From NCBI GenBank assembly GCA_965219415.1, contig CBDCNP010000002.1, forward strand, positions 5,344,001 through 5,408,000: a stretch of 64,000 nucleotides of DNA. The letters are read 5' to 3'. This document shows, piece by piece, positions 30,816 through 41,052 of this stretch. A model generated the notes under the pieces. The model was not told the origin of the DNA. It ran no database searches and saw only the letters and a program-made list of their open reading frames with translations. Every line of letters starts with the position of its first letter. The first letter of the stretch is position 1. Both the position numbers and the translations under genes were made by a program. The DNA is from Candidatus Marinacidobacterales bacterium (GTDB taxonomy: Bacteria; Acidobacteriota; Vicinamibacteria; Marinacidobacterales; DATDRI01).

Positions 30816-31370
30816 TTAGATCTCCTCGAGCATGATCTGCGAATTCGTGTACACGCAAATCCCAGCCGCGACTTGCATCGCCTCGGTCGCGACCTGGGCG
30901 GCGGATAGCTTGGTGTGCGATAGCAAAGCCCGAGCCGCCGCCAGTGCGTAGGGGCCACCGGAACCAATGGCGATGACGCCGTCGTCCGGTTCGATCAGAT
31001 CGCCGTTGCCAGAAAGCAAGAACACATGCTGCGAATCGGCAACGAGCAGCAGCGCATCCAAACGCCGGAGCACGCGATCGGTTCGCCAATCTTTCGCCAG
31101 CTCCACCGAGGCCCGTTCGAGGTTTCCACGATATTCTTGAAGCTTGCCTTCGAACTTCGTGAAGAGCGCCTGAGCATCGGCGGTGGTGCCGGCGAATCCC
31201 GCCAGGACCTGGCCATTAGAAAGCCGTCTCAGTTTTTTTGCCCCGTGCTTCACCACCGTGTCGCCCAGGGTGACCTGTCCATCGGCGGCGATTGCGGTCT
31301 TGTCGTCACGTCGGACAGCGAGGACCGTCGTTCCGTGGGCTCGGGGCGAGCGCGTTCCGTTGATCACCAA
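30816..31370 (-). CDS. hslV: ATP-dependent protease subunit HslV
   Basis: HGTTVLAV (catalytic Thr), DGQVTLG, AKDWRTD, GSGG, ICVYTN. Confidence 0.97.
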   Translation of the reverse strand: MVINGTRSPRAHGTTVLAVRRDDKTAIAADGQVTLGDTVVKHGAKKLRRLSNGQVLAGFAGTTADAQALFTKFEGKLQEYRGNLERASVELAKDWRTDRVLRRLDALLLVADSQHVFLLSGNGDLIEPDDGVIAIGSGGPYALAAARALLSHTKLSAAQVATEAMQVAAGICVYTNSQIMLEEI

Positions 31371-31373
31371 AGG

Positions 31374-31402
31374 AGTATACTTAATGTGTTTAACCGGCGC
31401 AA
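31374..31402 (-). promoter_or_regulatory. Sigma70-type promoter directly upstream of hslV
   Basis: Minus strand TTGCGC-17 bp-TATACT. Confidence 0.5.
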
Positions 31403-32160
31403 AAGGCTGAACCGATTCCCTTTATACCGAACCGCCGGAGCAATTGCTCGATGAGGGATTCGCGAAGCAAGTCGGCGGCCGACTTCTCTTCATAATCTTC
31501 CGGGATGTTGAACGCGTCTTCGGGGGTCTTCCGTCGTTCCTCGATTCGAAGGATCCGCGGACGGCTCAAAAACACGAACCGCTCCTCGGAAACGAGCGGT
31601 AGCCTCGGAAGGCTCGCATAGAGCTCGAGCCGTTTCTCCTGTGCCGCCTCGGGCTCGGGTTCTCCCCAGAACTCCTGATAGACCTCGGTCCATTGAAAAA
31701 ACAGCGTGGGAGAAGCCCTCGGATCCAACCGGTACTCGGCGACCGGTCGATCGTACTCCGGACTATCGCCAACGTAATGGAGCCCTTGCCTTCCATCAGG
31801 AAGGCGTGCATGGCCCCTTTCCTCCAACGAAACACCCTCGATGAGATCGGGGCTTACCGACGAAACCCACGGAAACCAATTTCGCGCTACCAGCTCTGCA
31901 TCAACAACCTGAGGCAAGATACCGGAATCAATACGGACAAAGTATTTGTCTTTGGGATGTACCAGGGTCAGGGTCGGTGTCGATACGTCCAGGATCAAAT
32001 AGACCTCGGTGTCGGGTGGCTCGATACGGATCATTCCCGGTTTGAAATCGACCACGTAGCTCGCCTTCGTTCCGCCTTCCTCGACAAGGAGCGTCGCTCG
32101 GAATCCCGCCGTGCTCACCCCTTGCGTCAGCAGTGCGAGCATGAGACCGATGCCAACCAT
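31390..32160 (-). CDS. Hypothetical exported protein
   Basis: Signal-peptide-like N-terminus; RBS GGGAG before ATG 32160; co-oriented with hslVU. Confidence 0.7.
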   Translation of the reverse strand: MVGIGLMLALLTQGVSTAGFRATLLVEEGGTKASYVVDFKPGMIRIEPPDTEVYLILDVSTPTLTLVHPKDKYFVRIDSGILPQVVDAELVARNWFPWVSSVSPDLIEGVSLEERGHARLPDGRQGLHYVGDSPEYDRPVAEYRLDPRASPTLFFQWTEVYQEFWGEPEPEAAQEKRLELYASLPRLPLVSEERFVFLSRPRILRIEERRKTPEDAFNIPEDYEEKSAADLLRESLIEQLLRRFGIKGIGSAFCAG

Positions 32161-32201
32161 GACGTCTCCCATTGTAGCGCCTGTCGAGTTTGTCGCGTCG
32201 T

Positions 32202-32365
32202 CTCCTCACCGAGGACCGGGGGGTACCCGATCCGGTACCTGGCCCTTGACCTTGTTGCGCCACCAGTCCGGGTGAACCGGCAGCTTCCCGGCTTCGCAAC
32301 TCCCTCGATAACACACCGCCCTACTGGCAGGCAGTGCGTCTTGGTGGCCCGGCGATGGTGAAGAG
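32202..32365 (-). ncRNA. Candidate structured non-coding RNA, family not recognised
   Basis: Closing stem, three internal hairpins and a possible pseudoknot; G-U wobbles favour the minus strand (see findings). Confidence 0.55.
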
Positions 32366-32448
32366 CAAATTGGCTGGAGCGGGGTGGATCGGAGGTTTTT
32401 GGGCCAAGGGCCTTGACGTCGAGAGCCGCAAGCGGATATAGCCACTTC

Positions 32449-33125
32449 GTGAACGTCACCCGGCTTTCCAACGGAGAGCTCATCGCTCATCTGGCTGGCG
32501 CAGGACCCGATGACCCTGCCTGGCTAGAGTTCGTGTCCCGCTTCGAACGCCGCATCCGGCTTACGATCTATCGTCGGTTTCGAGTCGAAGCGGAGCACAA
32601 CCGAGCCTCGGACGTCGATTGGACCGGCGAAATGGTGCGAGATCTGACTCAGGACGTATTCTTGCGACTTCTCGATGCTGGGAGAAAGCCGCTCGCTCAG
32701 TTCAAGGGCCGAAATGAGAACTCCATCTATAGCTACTTGAGTGCTATCGCTTCCAATCTGATGCATAATCATTTCAAGAAGCTCCGTGCTCAAAAGACCC
32801 GCCGGCGGCGACCTCACTCGACGAGAAATTACCAATGAGCGAAGGAGCGCAGGGACCCAGCGTCGGTGAGAACGTGGCCAGCACCCGCCCGGGTCCTGAG
32901 CACACCGCAGAGGCCCACGAGCTCAGGCGACGGATCGGGGCGGTGATACAGCGGCTCGGTTTTCCGAAGCGCGACCGCTTGGTGTTCCGCTTCTACTTCC
33001 TAGAAGGGCGATCCATCGAAGAGCTCGCTTCCTGTAGGGCGGTCGGGCTTTCGCGGAGCGGTGTCGAGAAATGCGTCCGGAGACTTCGAGTCGCGGTTCA
33101 AGAAGAGTTGATTAAGGAGAGATAG
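32449..33125 (+). CDS. ECF sigma-70 factor split by a single frameshift near 32795
   Basis: Region 2 (AWLEFVSRF, DLTQDVFLRL, YLSAIASN) in ORF 32413-32838 and region 4 (RDRLVFRFYFLEGRSIEELA...LSRSGVEK) in ORF 32835-33125. One base added to the A4/C3 run at 32792-32800 joins them. Confidence 0.85.
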
Positions 33126-33169
33126 GGAGGACCGCAGGTGAAAAACTCGTCTCATCTGAGTGGGGAGGA

Positions 33170-34321
33170 GTGGTCGGCATGAGTCCGGGCGACTGCCCCA
33201 CCCCCAGTGTGCACGCCGCGCGTGCACGGGGTACGCTGGATCCGGCGACTTCGAGCAAGGTGGAAGCTCACCTTGCCGCTTGCGAGCGATGCCGGCTCAC
33301 GGTGCTATTACTTAGAGAGCCCTCGGCCTTCACGGAAGAGGGCAACGCAATGACTGCGGATCCACCAACTGAGGGCCACCTCAGCCCGGAAGAGGTCTAT
33401 CACTTCACCGAGGGAACTATGTCTCGCTCGCGGCGGGCGAACGTAGAAGACCACTTGGATAGCTGCTTGGATTGTCTGAGGGATGTGGCCGCCGTGCTCG
33501 GATCCGAAAAACCTGCTTCGGAAGACGAAGAAGCCGCCTTGAAAGAGTTGCCAAGCCTCAGCCCGGCGGAGCTCCTAGCCCGACTCCGAACGCGCATCAT
33601 CGAGACCAGCCCGAGCTCACACCGCAAGCTGCCCTGGAGCCGATTGAGAACGGGCCTTCCCATCGCAGCGGCGGTTGCCGGGTTCGCGATTCTCTTTTTT
33701 GTCATTCAGACCTACGTCATCGTTCCTATGAGTAGCCGTCGGCTCGTGGCGCAGGCGACCGACGCACTCATCAGTATCCGGCAAGGAACGGGTCGGGTGC
33801 CTCTTCGATTCATACCGGGCTTCGAGCGAGCTCGTGTAACCCGAAGCGGGTTCGACGTGGCGGATCCTGAGGAAGCCGCCATCGAAACGGAGATCGAACG
33901 GAGATTCCGACGAGCCGTCGCTCTCGCCCCCAACGAAGTAACAGCGAGGCTGGGGCTGGGCCTTTTTCTGCTCGATGCGGGGCAGCTTTCGGAAGCCGAG
34001 ACCGAGCTACGAAACGCTTCGGAGCTGGCACCGGAGTCGGTCGCCGTCCTCAACGGGATGGCGGTTCTCTATTTCGAGAAAGCGCTTCGAGAACCAAACG
34101 AAGCCGCCGCGCTCATGCGGGAGGGGCTCGGGCTGCTGCAACGTGCGCGCGGCATCGAGCCTGAGAATCTCATGGTGCTCTACAACCTTGCCGTCTTTTA
34201 CCAGGAGACGGGGTCGGGCAACTTGGCGGCCCAGTACTGGCTCGCTTACTTGGCGCAGGATCCTAACTCAGAGTGGTCGCAAGTTGCGCGAGAGAACCTG
34301 GTTCTGCTCCGCGGCCGTTAG
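33170..34321 (+). CDS. Anti-sigma factor with two zf-HC2 (ZAS) motifs, a TM helix and C-terminal TPRs
   Basis: HLAACERC and HLDSCLDC, TM IAAAVAGFAILFFVI, TPR-like repeats; follows the ECF sigma. Confidence 0.82.
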   Translation: MVGMSPGDCPTPSVHAARARGTLDPATSSKVEAHLAACERCRLTVLLLREPSAFTEEGNAMTADPPTEGHLSPEEVYHFTEGTMSRSRRANVEDHLDSCLDCLRDVAAVLGSEKPASEDEEAALKELPSLSPAELLARLRTRIIETSPSSHRKLPWSRLRTGLPIAAAVAGFAILFFVIQTYVIVPMSSRRLVAQATDALISIRQGTGRVPLRFIPGFERARVTRSGFDVADPEEAAIETEIERRFRRAVALAPNEVTARLGLGLFLLDAGQLSEAETELRNASELAPESVAVLNGMAVLYFEKALREPNEAAALMREGLGLLQRARGIEPENLMVLYNLAVFYQETGSGNLAAQYWLAYLAQDPNSEWSQVARENLVLLRGR

Positions 34322-34498
34322 ATTCGACCCTTTCGTCAAGCTACAATCATACGCTCCGAATAGCGTCCCCTGTTTCGGACACCTTACAGCTGAAAAGGCT
34401 CTAGCAGTTGAACCCGCTCACCCGGATCGAGTAAAAAGGACGTCTTCCCTCGCGACGGAAGACCCAACTGCCCCACTGGGGCCCGGAGACACAAAGCC

Positions 34499-35851
34499 AT
34501 GGCCAAGAAACAATTTCAAGTCGACAGCCCAGACGGGAAGCTCGCAGTCATGCTCCCAGGCCTAGGCGCCGTGAGCACCACGTTCATCGCCGGCGTGCAG
34601 GCGGTGCTCAAAGGCATAGCCAAACCGATCGGCTCGCTGACCCAGATGGGCACCATCCGCCTCGGAAAGCGTACCGAAAATCGCGTCCCCAAAATCAAAG
34701 AGTTCGTCCCCTTGGCAAGACTCGAAGACCTCGCCTTCGCGGTGTGGGACATCTTCGAGGACGACGCCTTCCAGGCTTCTACCAAAGCGGGAGTGCTCGA
34801 GGCTTCTCAGCTCGAACAGCTTAGAGAAGGCCTCGCGTCCATCAAACCCTTTAAGGCGGTCTTCGACCAAAACTTCGTCAAGCGTCTGAGCGGCACCCAC
34901 GTCAAGCAGGGCAAGAACAAGATGGATCTCGCGGAGAAGGTCATGGAGGACATCGCGGAGATCAAGAAGCAGACCGGCGCCAAACGAGCGGTCATGGTTT
35001 GGTGCGCCTCGACCGAGTCCTACCTAGCGCCCGGAGACGCGCACAAGGACCTAGGCGCCTTCGAGCGGGGTCTCAAGGAGAACTCACCCCAGATCGCGCC
35101 CAGCATGATCTATGCGTATGCGGCATTGAAGAGCGGCGTGCCCTATGCGAACGGAGCGCCGAACCTGACCGTAGACATTCCCGCACTCGAGATGCTGGCT
35201 TACCAAAACGGCGTCCCCATCGGGGGCAAAGACTTCAAGACCGGGCAAACCTTGATGAAGTCCATCATCGCCCCCGGGCTCAAGGCTCGCATGCTGGGGC
35301 TCAGCGGTTGGTTCTCCACCAACATACTGGGAAACCGAGACGGTGAAGTCCTGGACGATCCCGGCTCCTTCAAAACCAAAGAGGAGAGCAAGTTATCGGT
35401 GCTCGAACATATTCTCCAGCCCCAGCTTTACGGCGATCTCTACGGCGACTTCTACCACAAGGTCCGTATCAACTATTACCCACCCCGCGGTGACAATAAG
35501 GAAGGCTGGGACAACATCGATATCTTCGGCTGGCTGGGTTACCCGATGCAGATCAAGGTGGACTTCCTCTGCCGTGATTCCATTCTGGCCGCACCGCTCG
35601 TGCTGGATCTGGCTCTCTTTTTCGACCTGGCGCAGAGAGCCAAGTTCAAGGGCATCCAGGAGTGGTTGTCGTTTTATTTCAAGAGCCCCATGTCTCCTCA
35701 GGGTGTGTACCCCGAGCACGACCTTTTCATTCAGCTCACCAAGCTAAGTAACACGCTGCGGTACATGATGGGAGAAGAGCAAATCACCCACTTGGGCGAC
35801 TACGTCTTTGAGATCGATCCGAGTCGCCGCCCCTCGTTGGTCTCCGATTAG
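34499..35851 (+). CDS. ino1: myo-inositol-1-phosphate synthase
   Basis: GLGAVSTT, WCASTE, GKDFKTGQT, NILGNRDG, CRDSILAAPL, LSFYFKSP. Confidence 0.96.
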   Translation: MAKKQFQVDSPDGKLAVMLPGLGAVSTTFIAGVQAVLKGIAKPIGSLTQMGTIRLGKRTENRVPKIKEFVPLARLEDLAFAVWDIFEDDAFQASTKAGVLEASQLEQLREGLASIKPFKAVFDQNFVKRLSGTHVKQGKNKMDLAEKVMEDIAEIKKQTGAKRAVMVWCASTESYLAPGDAHKDLGAFERGLKENSPQIAPSMIYAYAALKSGVPYANGAPNLTVDIPALEMLAYQNGVPIGGKDFKTGQTLMKSIIAPGLKARMLGLSGWFSTNILGNRDGEVLDDPGSFKTKEESKLSVLEHILQPQLYGDLYGDFYHKVRINYYPPRGDNKEGWDNIDIFGWLGYPMQIKVDFLCRDSILAAPLVLDLALFFDLAQRAKFKGIQEWLSFYFKSPMSPQGVYPEHDLFIQLTKLSNTLRYMMGEEQITHLGDYVFEIDPSRRPSLVSD

Positions 35852-36089
35852 GGTGTAATCCACTAAACGGCTTTAAGACAGTTACTTACAAGCGCCGCGC
35901 GCGTAGCGGCCATTGCTGTCAGGGTTTCTCAGCTTTCCTCTGGATTCCGCCCTTAATTTTTGAGTTAAAAATTCAATTCGTTGGATGTTACTCCAAGGAC
36001 TTGGAGAGCGACCCGTCGCGCCGGATCTTGCAAGGTATTAAATCATTTAAAGAGAGTAGCTCACAAATATATCGTTTTTTTTGATGCTG

Positions 36090-36105
36090 TGGCATTGAAT
36101 TTGCT
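36090..36105 (+). promoter_or_regulatory. Sigma54 promoter of the TonB-dependent receptor
   Basis: TGGCATTGAATTTGCT (-24 GG / -12 GC); AT-rich upstream region with inverted repeat AATTTTT-N5-AAAAATT at 35955-35973. Confidence 0.75.
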
Positions 36106-36246
36106 GGGTCTCACACCCTTCTTAAGGTCCCCGTGCCGCTAGTCGGCGCTGAGGGGCCGAAAAGCATCAATCATGGGGAAGCCCGGGGAAGCGAGAAACG
36201 CAATCCTTCAACTTCACTGGGCTCTCCCCATCAATGGAGGGAGTAC

Positions 36247-39160
36247 ATGCCAAAGTGCATCAAGGTTCTAGCACTTCTCTTCTTGGTATCGGCGCTCATT
36301 ACCCCCGCCGCGTTCGCTCAAGGTGGACGCATCGGCGGTAAGGTCACCGACCAACAGGGAGGAGTCCTACCCGGCTCGAGCGTCCAGCTGGTCAACGTTG
36401 ACTCGGGACTCGCCGTCACGGTCGTCACCAACGCCGCCGGGGTTTACAACTTCCCCTCGGTGGACGCCGGGACTTACCGAGTTCAGGTGAGCCTCTCGGG
36501 TTTCGCCGATTGGATCCGTGAGCCGATCATCGTGGCCACGCGTCAAGGTCTCACCATCGACGTCAGCATGGCCGTCGCTGGGGTTGCCGAGACCGTCACC
36601 GTCACCAGTGAGTCGCCCATGATCAGTACACGTGACTCCGAGGTCGGCGGCGTCGTCGAGAACGTCGAGATCGAGAACATTCCTATCAACACGCGGGATG
36701 CTCAGCAGCTCGCGCTGCTCGTTCCCGGCGCCAAGAGGGCCAACCGCTTCGACCCCACCAAGAGCCGGGTGCCGGCCATTAGCTTCGGAACCAACGGTTC
36801 CGGACGCGGCATCCTCTACATGCTCGACGGTGGAGACAATACCGATGACGCGGTGGGCGGGCATCGTCCAACAGGTGTCGATGGACTCCGTTCAGGAGTT
36901 CGCGGTGGTCACATCGCGTATCAAGGCCGAGTACGCCCGTGCGGGCGGCGGAGCCATCTCCATCATCACCAAGTCCGGTACCAACGAGTTCCATGGTTCC
37001 GGTTTCTGGTTCTTCCGCGACAAGTCCCTGAACGCCGAGACCTTACCTCAGGAGATACAAGGCGAAGGAAAGCCTGATTTCCGCCGCAGCCAGTTCGGCG
37101 GCAACATCGGCGGGCCGATCATGCAGGACAAGGCCTTCTTCTTCGTGACCTACGAGCGGGTGAACGAGACCTCGAACTCCACGCTCGGCGTCACGCCTGC
37201 GGTGGAAGCGACCTTCAACCCGGGCTTCATTGCCGAGCATGGTGGCCTTGGGAACATCGACCAGCCCTTCACGCGGAACTACTTCACTGGGAAGTACACG
37301 CAGCAGTTCAATCCGGGCAACCGTTTGGACGTTCGCTACGCCTACGAAGACAACATCCGCGAGGGTGACCAGGTCGGAGATCCAGGCTTCAGCTTCAACC
37401 GCACCTTCGACCAGGCGGCGTTCCAGAGCAACGATCTCTGGAGCATCCTGGCTCGATTCCAAACGATCCTCGGAACCGGCTCCCTCAACGAGTTCGTCTT
37501 CCAGCTCAGTGACTTCGAGAACGTCATTCAGGGCGTCGGCCAACCGGATTTCCATTCACCGGATCAACCGACGCTCGACTTCCCTGGACTCAGGGTCGGT
37601 CAGAACACTTCGACACCGCAGTCGACGTTCCAGAGGAAACTTCAGATCCGAAACACGTTCTCCATGTCCCTGGACACCCATGACCTCAAGTTCGGCGGCG
37701 GCTTGCTGAGAGGCGATCCCTTCGGGTTTGATCTTCCGTTCTCGAACAATGGATTTTTCCAGTATGCCAACGACGGAGATCCTCTAAACCAGGCGAACTT
37801 CTTCAGCCAGTTCGACTTGATTCCGCCCCTCGAGATCCCCTACACCGTGTACGGTTTCTTCGCGCAGGACGACTGGCGGATCGGCGAGTCTCTTACCTTG
37901 AACCTGGGGATCCGTTACGACTACGAAGACGGTGTGCTCAGCAACGTGCCATATGGCACCAACGGGTTTCGGCTCAACGATGACCCGCGGAGCCCCTATT
38001 TCAACACTGCCGACTGTAGCGGGGACTTCCGGGGAACGCCAAACTCCTTCTGTCTGCAGGACGACGGCAACAACTGGGCCCCGCGGATCGGATTCGCTTA
38101 TGACATCGGGGCCGAAGGCGTCACCGTCATCCGCGGTGGCTGGGGCCGTTTCTACGACAAGATCGTCGCCAACGCCACGCTCTTCACGCTCATCGATGCG
38201 GTTGGCGTGCGCGGTGTGTCCATTTCCGGCCTGGTACCCTTCGGACCGGACGCGCTTCCTGCCTTTGACGAGCTCTTTGCAAATTTCGGGTTCCCTCTAC
38301 CCTTCGATCCCTTCATCTCGCCGCTTTACGAAGTGCCTTACTCCGATCAGTTCACCATCGGTGTGAGCCACCAGATCACGCCGCAAATTGCGTTCGACGT
38401 CGATTACGTCCGCTCGGACGGCAAAGATCGGGGCAAAGGTCCGACCTCAACGAGATGAGGGTTCCTAACGTGCAATCATCTCGCCTCTTCAATGATGGAA
38501 CAGGTAACGATCGCGGAGGCCGACTCCGAGTCGTGGATCCGTTCGGCGAGGACACCTACGACGGCGTCCAGCTCCCAGTCCGCAAGCGCTTCTCCAACCG
38601 CTCCCAGTTCACCGTCAACTACACCTGGTCCGATCTCCGAGGAAACGCGGAGGCCGGTTTCTCGAGCGAGGCCGAGTGCCGGGCTTGCATCGGGAATGAT
38701 CGAGACATCGGACCCTACGAAAACGACACCTCGCACCTCCTCGCCGTCGGCGGCATCTATCAGTTCCCAGGAGAATGGCAGCTCTCCGGCTTGCTTCAAG
38801 CCGAGAGCGGCTGCCCGATTACCGCGCGGTCCAGCACGGACCCGAACGGGAACGGGCGCCGGGGCAGCACGACGACCCCCCCTCGACCTCACACCGGGTC
38901 CGAACGGCGAGGCCCCGGGTTTCGGGAACTTCCGTGGTGATTCCACCTATACGGTGGACCTGCGCGTTGCCAAGTTCTTCAACGTGGGCGGCGCCAAACA
39001 GGTCCAGGTGATGGCGGAGTTTTTCAATCTCTTCAACACCGTCAACAGAGGCCGGAACTTCGGGAACTCCTTCGAGTCTGCCCAATTCGGTCAATGGGAC
39101 CAGGCTGGGTTGGAGACCAACCAGTTCCAGATGCAGATTGGAGTCCGATTCAATTTCTAA
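36247..39160 (+). CDS. Oar-type TonB-dependent receptor with carboxypeptidase-regulatory-like N-terminal domain; three frameshifts
   Basis: RBS GGAGG, signal peptide, GKVTDQQGGVLPG, plug ...IITKSGTNEFHGS, FAQDDWR, NWAPRIGFAYD, terminal QMQIGVRFNF. Frame breaks lie in runs near 36860 (G), 38436 (A) and 38880 (C). Confidence 0.9.
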
Positions 39161-39165
39161 TGCAT

Positions 39166-39203
39166 ATGCGGGGAGGTCTTTGCACCTCCCCGCATCTTTT
39201 TTT
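39166..39203 (+). terminator. Rho-independent terminator
   Basis: ATGCGGGGAGGT-CTTTGC-ACCTCCCCGCAT followed by a T7 tract. Confidence 0.9.
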
Positions 39204-39472
39204 CATCAGGAAGATCTACCCACTTCAAGTCCCCCCGATCTCTCTACCGTTGTTCTTGACCACGATCTCCTGGTTCTTGAAGTCCGCGTTCAACGAACAC
39301 TCGCCCTCACAAGTGATCCCAGCCCGGTGGTGAAGAGTCGACACGCCTTTTTCGAGGAGCTGGATCCGTATCCAAACTCTCGAAGGACGAGTTCATAGCT
39401 CTTCCGATACGATTCACCATGAGTCCCTTTAGAACCGGTCTGATAGAGCGAAAACTCGCTCGTTTGAACCGC

Positions 39473-39488
39473 TGGCATTAGCTTTGCT
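39473..39488 (+). promoter_or_regulatory. Sigma54 promoter of the second TonB receptor gene
   Basis: TGGCATTAGCTTTGCT. Confidence 0.75.
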
Positions 39489-39592
39489 AGCCCGCCTCCA
39501 TATAGTTCGCCGCCCTGCACGCGCTTCTTGTGAGGTCGGTGTTTTGTCAAACGGCTAAAGAGAGTCGATGACTCTCGCTATGGAGGCAGTCA

Positions 39593-39816
39593 ATGCCGAA
39601 ACGAATACTGTTCGTAACGCTGCTTGCGGTTTTCCCTCTACTCTTCGCGGCGACCACCAGCGCACAAACCGGTCGCATCGGTGGGAAGGTGATCGACCAG
39701 CAAGGTGGTGTCCTTCCCGGAGCCAGCGTCCAACTAGTGAACTCGGACTCTGGACTCGCCCTTGCCAGCATCACCAATGCGGCGGGGGTCTACAGCTTTC
39801 CCTCGGTCGATCCGGG
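39593..39816 (+). pseudogene. 5' fragment of a second Oar-type TonB receptor, truncated by a mini-element
   Basis: GRIGGKVIDQQGGVLPGASVQLVNSDSGLA...GVYSFPSVDPG is nearly the same as the N-terminus of the 36247 gene. Similarity ends at GGTGCTTCCGC (39817). Confidence 0.88.
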
Positions 39817-39982
39817 GGTGCTTCCGCTGTTTACTGTTGGTGATGTGTACGCATCCCTTTGCAAAAGGGACACTTACGCTCCATTTAGCGCGCGGCGAAG
39901 GTCACAAGCGCTATTTTAACTGTAACTTAATGCACCGTAAAGTCTTAGCGTCATCTCACCAACACTTGATGGCGGAAGAACC
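39817..39982. mobile_element. 166-bp MITE-like element with imperfect terminal inverted repeats
   Basis: Left GGTGCTTCCGCTGTTTACTGTTGGTGA; right (reverse complement) GGTTCTTCCGCCATCAAGTGTTGGTGA. The right arm recurs at 43634-43696. Confidence 0.7.
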
Positions 39983-40070
39983 AATCCGCGCAGAATCCAG
40001 GGTATTTCGCGCCGCAGGGCTGACTTCCGACCCATGGGCTGGCGGATGAATAAATAGAAGGCACAGGACG

Positions 40071-40481
40071 CCATACGCGGGCATTGGCATCGGGTGGGCC
40101 GTGACGGAGTTGAGCTACTACGCGCAGTTCATCCGCAAACCGGAGGCGGAGTATTTGCAGATCGACTTCGACCCGGACTGGCCGGCCGACGCTAAACGCG
40201 CCGCCGCAGGCACCGCCAGCATCATGGATACGAAGGTGGGCAAGAACATCTTCGGGTTCCAACTGCTGGCCGGCGTCGATTACTCGTTGAGCGAGCGCAC
40301 GTCGGTCGGCGTGGCGCTGCGCTGGGCCAGATTCGACGATGTCGACGACGTTGCAACCTGGAACCTGATCCGCAGCCACGCACCGGTACAGGCCGATGGG
40401 GTCACGCCGTTCGACGCCTCCCTGGAGTTCGCCGGCCTCGGCTACCAAGCGGTTACGGTCAACATGAAGTACCGCTTCTGA
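40071..40481 (+). pseudogene. C-terminal fragment of an outer-membrane beta-barrel (OmpA/opacity-like) protein
   Basis: Begins PYAGIGIGWA immediately after an element end; FGFQLLAGVDY; terminal TVNMKYRF. Confidence 0.8.
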
Positions 40482-40749
40482 CACCGCTCCGTCCTTCAGC
40501 CTCCACGAGCCCAGCAGGGCCCGGCATCATCCCGTCCTGTGCCAAAACTCGGCTGCCTTCCATTTATTCATCCGCGCGCACCGAACTTGATCGGTCTCCG
40601 GTCTGCCGGCACCATGCCTGCATGATTTCGTCGTTTGTTCGCGCTCTCATCTCTGCCCGTCGTGTCCAAAAAAAGAGAAACCAACTCCAGACAGGTGCAC
40701 CGGGACGTTTCGGATTAGAGGTCGTCTGGTCAAAATACTCGAACGCCCA

Positions 40750-40909
40750 GCGGGTCAAGTCCAAAAGCTTTCCCGGCGGGAAGGCGTCCAAGGAAATCGT
40801 GGACGCCCTTTTAGGGCCGACGGGAAACCTGCGTGCCCCCACGGTGCGTGTCGGAAAAACGTTGCTGGTGGGCTTCGATGAGAACTCCTACGCGGACGTT
40901 CTGATATAA
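40750..40909 (+). pseudogene. C-terminal fragment of an ArsC/Spx-like thioredoxin-fold protein
   Basis: LLGPTGNLRAPTVRVGKTLLVGFDE; the redox-motif N-terminus is absent. Confidence 0.7.
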
Positions 40910-41052
40910 GCCTCTAGGCGCTCGATATGTCGAAACCAGTGGTGCTTGCGTCATTGACTGTTGCGGGCATAGGGGGAAAACTTTGTAGTGCAATAGGTTA
41001 CATCAGATTTTAACGTCACCGAACTTCAGCTTGCGCCAAAACTGTGCTAAGT

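Noticed and set aside
32202-32365. 6S RNA, SRP RNA, glmS ribozyme or SAM riboswitch
   Set aside because: Only short resemblances (GGAAGCTGC, TTATCGAG, AGGTCAAG). The branched fold and gene context do not fit, so it is left unassigned.
39204-39420. Small minus-strand gene (...NADFKNQEIVVKNNGREIG)
   Set aside because: It looks coding-like but has no clear start, RBS or recognisable family; not supportable.
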